A model generated the notes under the pieces. The model was not told the DNA's origin and did not search any database. It was given only the letters and a program-made list of their open reading frames with translations. Shown in pieces: positions 59,941 through 64,000 of a DNA stretch of 64,000 nt; within the stretch, counting starts at the first letter, position 1, and the number at the start of each line of letters is the position of its first letter. The DNA comes from Pontiella sp. (GTDB taxonomy: Bacteria > Verrucomicrobiota > Kiritimatiellia > Kiritimatiellales > Pontiellaceae): the NCBI GenBank assembly GCA_041582935.1, contig JBFHGU010000004.1:25390-89389 (forward strand), written 5' to 3'. Both the position numbers and the translations under genes were made by a program.

Positions 59941-60966
59941 ATGAAAAACGAAACGCACCTGACCGAAAACCTTCGCGTAACCGAATTAAAGAAACTCATT
60001 ACGCCGGCAAAACTTAAAGAAAAACTTCCGATGAGCAGAAAGCTCACCGAAAAAGTGGTGTCCGACCGCCAGATCGTCCGCAACATCCTGCACCGCCGGG
60101 ACCAGCGCCTGCTGATCGTAATCGGCCCCTGTTCGATTCACGATCCGGCGGCGGCACTGGACTATGCCAAACGCCTCGCCGCGATTGCTGAGCAGGTGAA
60201 AGACAAATACTTTATTGTAATGCGCGTTTACTTCGAAAAACCGCGCACCACGATCGGCTGGAAGGGGTTCATCAACGATCCCAAGCTGGATAACTCCTGC
60301 GATATGGAATACGGCCTGCACGCCGCGCGGCAGCTGCTGCTGGATATCGCCGACCTCGGCCTTCCGATTGCCACGGAATTTCTCGACCCGATCACGCCCC
60401 AGTACACCGCCGACCTCGTCAGCTGGTGCGCCATCGGCGCACGCACGACCGAATCGCAGACCCACCGCGAAATGTCGAGCGGCCTCTCGATGCCGGTCGG
60501 CTTCAAGAATGCAACCGACGGCAACATTGAGATCGCCATCAACGCCATTGAAGCCGCCAGCACGCCCCATAGTTTCCTCGGCATGGACCAGGACGGCCAT
60601 ACAGCCGTGGTGACCACTTCCGGCAATCCCAACACGCACCTGGTGCTGCGCGGCGGTAAAGGACCGAATTACCGTTACCCCGAGGTCACCTACGCCGCCT
60701 GCAAGCTGGAAGAAGCCGGGCTCGAGCCGTCGCTCATGGTCGACTGCTCCCATGCCAACGCCCGGAAAGTGGCCCGCAACCAGGTCAAGGTCTGGGAAAG
60801 CATTCTGGAACAGCGCGCGCGGGAAAACTGCCCGATCACCGGCGTCATGGTGGAAAGCTTTATTAAAGAAGGTAACCAGAAGATCTCTGACAACCTCGAA
60901 TACGGCCTCTCCATCACAGACCAGTGTATCGATTGGGAAACGACGGAGAAAATGCTGCTGTCGTAG
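59941..60966 (+). CDS. DAHP synthase, class I-alpha (AroF/G/H family)
   Basis: GPCSIHD, MRVYFEKPRTTIGWKG, AIGARTTESQTHRE, VGFKN, LRGG, VDCSHAN, SITDQCI. Confidence 0.95.
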   Translation: MKNETHLTENLRVTELKKLITPAKLKEKLPMSRKLTEKVVSDRQIVRNILHRRDQRLLIVIGPCSIHDPAAALDYAKRLAAIAEQVKDKYFIVMRVYFEKPRTTIGWKGFINDPKLDNSCDMEYGLHAARQLLLDIADLGLPIATEFLDPITPQYTADLVSWCAIGARTTESQTHREMSSGLSMPVGFKNATDGNIEIAINAIEAASTPHSFLGMDQDGHTAVVTTSGNPNTHLVLRGGKGPNYRYPEVTYAACKLEEAGLEPSLMVDCSHANARKVARNQVKVWESILEQRARENCPITGVMVESFIKEGNQKISDNLEYGLSITDQCIDWETTEKMLLS

Positions 60967-61024
60967 ACGAAGCCTCCAGCTTCGTTGTGCATGCACAGAT
61001 CCGGCACGCAGCAGGCTGCTCTGT

Positions 61025-61618
61025 CTACAGAGCAGCCAGTTCCCCGACCGTCAGCTCGCCCCAGCCCGGCTGGGCCAGCAGGTACTCAAGCAGCTTGGCC
61101 GACGCCACAGCATCATAGAGTGCGTCATGGGCTTCCCGGCCGAGGCACAGCGCATCGACTGCCGGTTTGAGATCCAGCAGGACAATCAGGTCTTCCAGGG
61201 CATACGAGGTGCAGCCCGGCCAGGCCTTGCGGGCAATTTTGAGCGTATCGATCCACAGCCCGAACCGGTGCATCGGCGCCATGGCGCGGGTAAATTTTTT
61301 CTCCGTACCGATGTTGTGGGCACAGAGCGGATATTCGGTCAGGCGTGACTGCACGGACGGCCACAGCTCCTGAGGAGTGGGAGCTTCAGCCAGCTCGCCG
61401 CGCAGCTGCGCATGGCGTCCGGGCGCATGCGGATTAAACGGCCGGGCCGGATCAATCTTCAGCCAGCTCTCCAGCATCGAATCCGGATCAACCTTTCCCC
61501 CGCTCAGGTTCACCATACCGATCTGCCACGGCTCGGTCGGGAACCCCCGCACCGAACCGGTCGTTTCATAGTCCAGCACCGTAATGCAGACATCAAAAAT
61601 GGCCATGGTTGAATCCAT
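61025..61618 (-). CDS. DEDDh 3'-5' exonuclease
   Basis: VLDYETTG, AHN, IDTL, HDALYDA. Start could be 61618 or 61606. Confidence 0.85.
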   Translation of the reverse strand: MDSTMAIFDVCITVLDYETTGSVRGFPTEPWQIGMVNLSGGKVDPDSMLESWLKIDPARPFNPHAPGRHAQLRGELAEAPTPQELWPSVQSRLTEYPLCAHNIGTEKKFTRAMAPMHRFGLWIDTLKIARKAWPGCTSYALEDLIVLLDLKPAVDALCLGREAHDALYDAVASAKLLEYLLAQPGWGELTVGELAAL

Positions 61619-61628
61619 GGCCATACTA

Positions 61629-61682
61629 AACCACAAAGACACAAAGTACTCAAAGCTTCGCGTACTCCGTGTCTTGGCGGTT
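61629..61682. repeat. Short-repeat (CACAAAG-type) imperfect hairpin
   Basis: AACCACAAAGACACAAAGTACTCAAAG followed by CTTCGCGTACTCCGTGTCTTGGCGGTT. Confidence 0.65.
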
Positions 61683-61689
61683 ATGAATG

Positions 61690-63282
61690 CTACCCCTCGA
61701 GCGCGAGCAGCAGCGGCTCTTCGAGCGCATCCACAATCCAGCGGATAAACCGCGCGCCGTCAGCGCCGTCGATAATGCGGTGGTCGTAGGACAGCGACAG
61801 CGGCATCATCATGCGGCCGTCTTTCCTGACCGCGCGGCCGACCCCGAGGATCGCCACTTCCGGCGAATTCACGATCGGTGTAAAGAACGTACCGCCGATA
61901 CCGCCGAGATTGGTGATGGTGAATGTGCCGCCCTGCAGGTCAGCGAGCGCAATCCGGCCTTCGCGGGCCTTCTGGGCAATACCGCCGAGGTCGCCGGCCA
62001 GCTCAATCATGTTCTTCTGATCTACATCGCGGATCACCGGAACCATCAGGCCCTTTTCGGTGTCCACCGCAATGCCGATGTTGTAGAACTCCTTATAGAT
62101 GATCTCCGCGTTTTCCGTATCGATACTGCAGTTAAAGTTCGGGAAGGCCTTCAGCGCAGAGGCGACCACCTTCACCAAAATCGCAGTAACGGTCAGCTTG
62201 GCGCCGTGTGCTTCCGCCTTCTTGGCAAATTTCTTACGCAGCTCATCGAGGTGTGTAATATCCGCCCAGTCCTGCTGCGTTACGTGCGGAATCGTCGCCC
62301 AGCAGTGCGCCATGTGGTTCATGGTCGCTTTGCGGATGGCCGACATCTTTTCAACACGCGCCGCACCCTGCACACTCGAACGGCTGCCGCCGCCGCTTTC
62401 AATGGTGCCTTTGGCAAAGTTCTTCACATCTTCCATGCTGATGCGGCCGCCTTCGCGCGACGGTTTCACCTGATGGATATCCACACCCAGCTCACGAGCC
62501 AGGCGGCGGACATTCGGCGCGGCCGAAACCGCATTAGCCGGACGCTGCGGTTTTACCGGCTCCGGCTTTTTCGGTTCCGGAGGCCGCACCACAACCGGCG
62601 TCTCCGGTTCGCGGGCAGCCGATTTCGGAGCGGCCGGGGCTGGGGCGGCCGGAGCCGGTTCCGGCTTGGCAGCCGGGGCAGGCGCAGGCGCCGCACCGCC
62701 GGCGGATTCAATCGTAAAGGCCAGCGTGCCGACCCCCACGGAATCGCCCTGCGCCACATGCACGGCCTTGATGGTGCCGGCCGCCGGCGAAGGAATTTCC
62801 ATGCTGGCTTTGCCCGCCTCGATCTCCAGCAGGGACTGGCCCTCTTCGACGCGGTCGCCTTCGGAGACCAGCACGCTGATAATGTCGCCGGATTCAATAT
62901 TTTCTCCGAGGTCCGGCAGTTTGAATTCCACCGTTCCGCCGGCAGCCGCCGGTGCGGCGGCCGGAGTTTTCTCCGGCGCCGGGGCCTCTGCCGGCGCTGC
63001 GGCGGCCGGCGCTTCTTCGGCGGCCGCAGCCGGCGCCGCGGCGGCGCCGTCATCAATCGTGAAAGCCAGCTGGCCGACCTCGACCGTATCGCCCGCCGCA
63101 ACATGCACCGCGGCAATCGTTCCGGCCGCCGGCGAGGGAATTTCCATGCTGGCTTTACCGGCTTCAATTTCAACCAGCGACTGGCCTTCGGTTACGGCAT
63201 CGCCGACTTCAACGAGAACGTTGACCACGTCTCCGGATTCAATATTTTCTCCCAGTTCGGGAAGTTTAAATTCAAGTGCCAT
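61690..63282 (-). CDS. aceF: Pyruvate dehydrogenase E2, dihydrolipoamide acetyltransferase (two lipoyl domains)
   Basis: Two EAGKASMEIPSP lipoyl domains, APNVRRLARELGVD, GGTFTITNLG, LSYDHRIIDGA. Confidence 0.94.
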   Translation of the reverse strand: MALEFKLPELGENIESGDVVNVLVEVGDAVTEGQSLVEIEAGKASMEIPSPAAGTIAAVHVAAGDTVEVGQLAFTIDDGAAAAPAAAAEEAPAAAAPAEAPAPEKTPAAAPAAAGGTVEFKLPDLGENIESGDIISVLVSEGDRVEEGQSLLEIEAGKASMEIPSPAAGTIKAVHVAQGDSVGVGTLAFTIESAGGAAPAPAPAAKPEPAPAAPAPAAPKSAAREPETPVVVRPPEPKKPEPVKPQRPANAVSAAPNVRRLARELGVDIHQVKPSREGGRISMEDVKNFAKGTIESGGGSRSSVQGAARVEKMSAIRKATMNHMAHCWATIPHVTQQDWADITHLDELRKKFAKKAEAHGAKLTVTAILVKVVASALKAFPNFNCSIDTENAEIIYKEFYNIGIAVDTEKGLMVPVIRDVDQKNMIELAGDLGGIAQKAREGRIALADLQGGTFTITNLGGIGGTFFTPIVNSPEVAILGVGRAVRKDGRMMMPLSLSYDHRIIDGADGARFIRWIVDALEEPLLLALEG

Positions 63283-63286
63283 GATG

Positions 63287-64000
63287 CTATTCTCCCAGCG
63301 GATTCGGTTTATCGGAATCGATGCCCAGTTCTTTGCGGGCTTTCTCCAGTTTCTTCTTGTCAAATTTGCCTTTCGCCGCGAGCTCGGAAAGCACCGTGAA
63401 GGTAATGGCATCGGCGTCTACCTCGAAATGCTTCCGCAGCGCGCGCCGCCCGTCGGAGCGCCCGAAACCGTCGGTTCCAAGCGAAACGAGACCGCCCGGC
63501 ACGGCTTTATTCAGCGAGTTCGGCAGCAGCTTCATATAGTCTGAAGCGGCAATGACCGGACCGTTTTCGCCTTCGAGGCATTCGGTAATATAGGCCTTGG
63601 CCTTTTTATTGCCGTTGCGCACCTGCTCACGTTCTGTGTCGAGCACATCGTTGATCAGGTTTTTGTAGCTCGTAATGGACCAGACATTGGTTTCGATGCC
63701 GTATTTTTCCTTCAGCTGGGCCGAGGCTTTGATCGCCTCGGGCAGAATGGCGCCGGAGCCGAGGATCTGTGCCTGCGCATCACTCGACGAACTGAACTTA
63801 TACATCCCCTTGAGGATACCCTCGTCGCAGCCTTCCGGCTTGGGCGGCTGGGCATAGTTGTCATTCATCAGGGAGATGTAATAGAAGATCTGCTCGTTCT
63901 CGACATACATCCGGCGGATGCCGTCTTTGATGATCGCGGCCAGCTCGTAAGCAAATGCCGGGTCATAGGCCACCAGGTTCGGAATCGTCAGGCCGAGCAC
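63287..64000 (-). CDS. aceE: Pyruvate dehydrogenase E1 (homodimeric type), 3' part
   Basis: YDPAFAYELA, FYYISLMNDNY, GSGAIL, ASDYMK, LGTDGFGRSD. Runs off the window end. Confidence 0.94.
   Translation of the reverse strand: MLGLTIPNLVAYDPAFAYELAAIIKDGIRRMYVENEQIFYYISLMNDNYAQPPKPEGCDEGILKGMYKFSSSSDAQAQILGSGAILPEAIKASAQLKEKYGIETNVWSITSYKNLINDVLDTEREQVRNGNKKAKAYITECLEGENGPVIAASDYMKLLPNSLNKAVPGGLVSLGTDGFGRSDGRRALRKHFEVDADAITFTVLSELAAKGKFDKKKLEKARKELGIDSDKPNPLGE

Noticed and set aside
62660-63282. Direct repeat of about 230 nt within aceF
   Set aside because: Ordinary tandem lipoyl domains with Ala/Pro linkers.
6560-63544. Very long antisense or alternative-frame ORFs, e.g. 6560..8347, 9457..11610, 27705..29093, 40999..42240, 43185..44741 and 61687..63399
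   Set aside because: They are shadows of well-supported genes. High GC3 codon bias suppresses stop codons on the opposite strand, and the translations show no family motifs.

Overview
GC-rich bacterial chromosomal window. The SHD1-, DUF1080-, ThuA- and vWA-type exported proteins suggest the PVC superphylum, plausibly Kiritimatiellota/Pontiella-like (inference). It holds about 52 CDS and one tRNA-Val(GAC). Most genes are housekeeping: purF, tcdA, galE, rapA, folD, fhs, pyrC, DAHP synthase, aceF and a partial aceE. Accessory content includes an RND efflux operon preceded by three tandem TetR copies, a REP-associated tyrosine transposase (RAYT) inside a REP array, a double-cubane-cluster reductase with its ATPase activator, a LolA-like/MMPL/beta-barrel operon and an AT-richer patch at about 4.6-6.3 kb. 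No CRISPR array, rRNA, prophage or recognisable defence system was seen. The best leads are: (1) a TIGR01212 radical-SAM/MnmC-type methyltransferase fusion; (2) an MqnE-MqnC double radical-SAM fusion; (3) dispersed hairpins built from degenerate 7-12 nt repeats, with heptamer arrays also found in frame inside one CDS; (4) the two-type REP array enclosing the RAYT; (5) the TetR triplication with paired operators; (6) a FolD lacking the cyclohydrolase lysine. All product calls come from motif recognition by eye, with no database searches. I cannot claim that any of these is a demonstrably new system.
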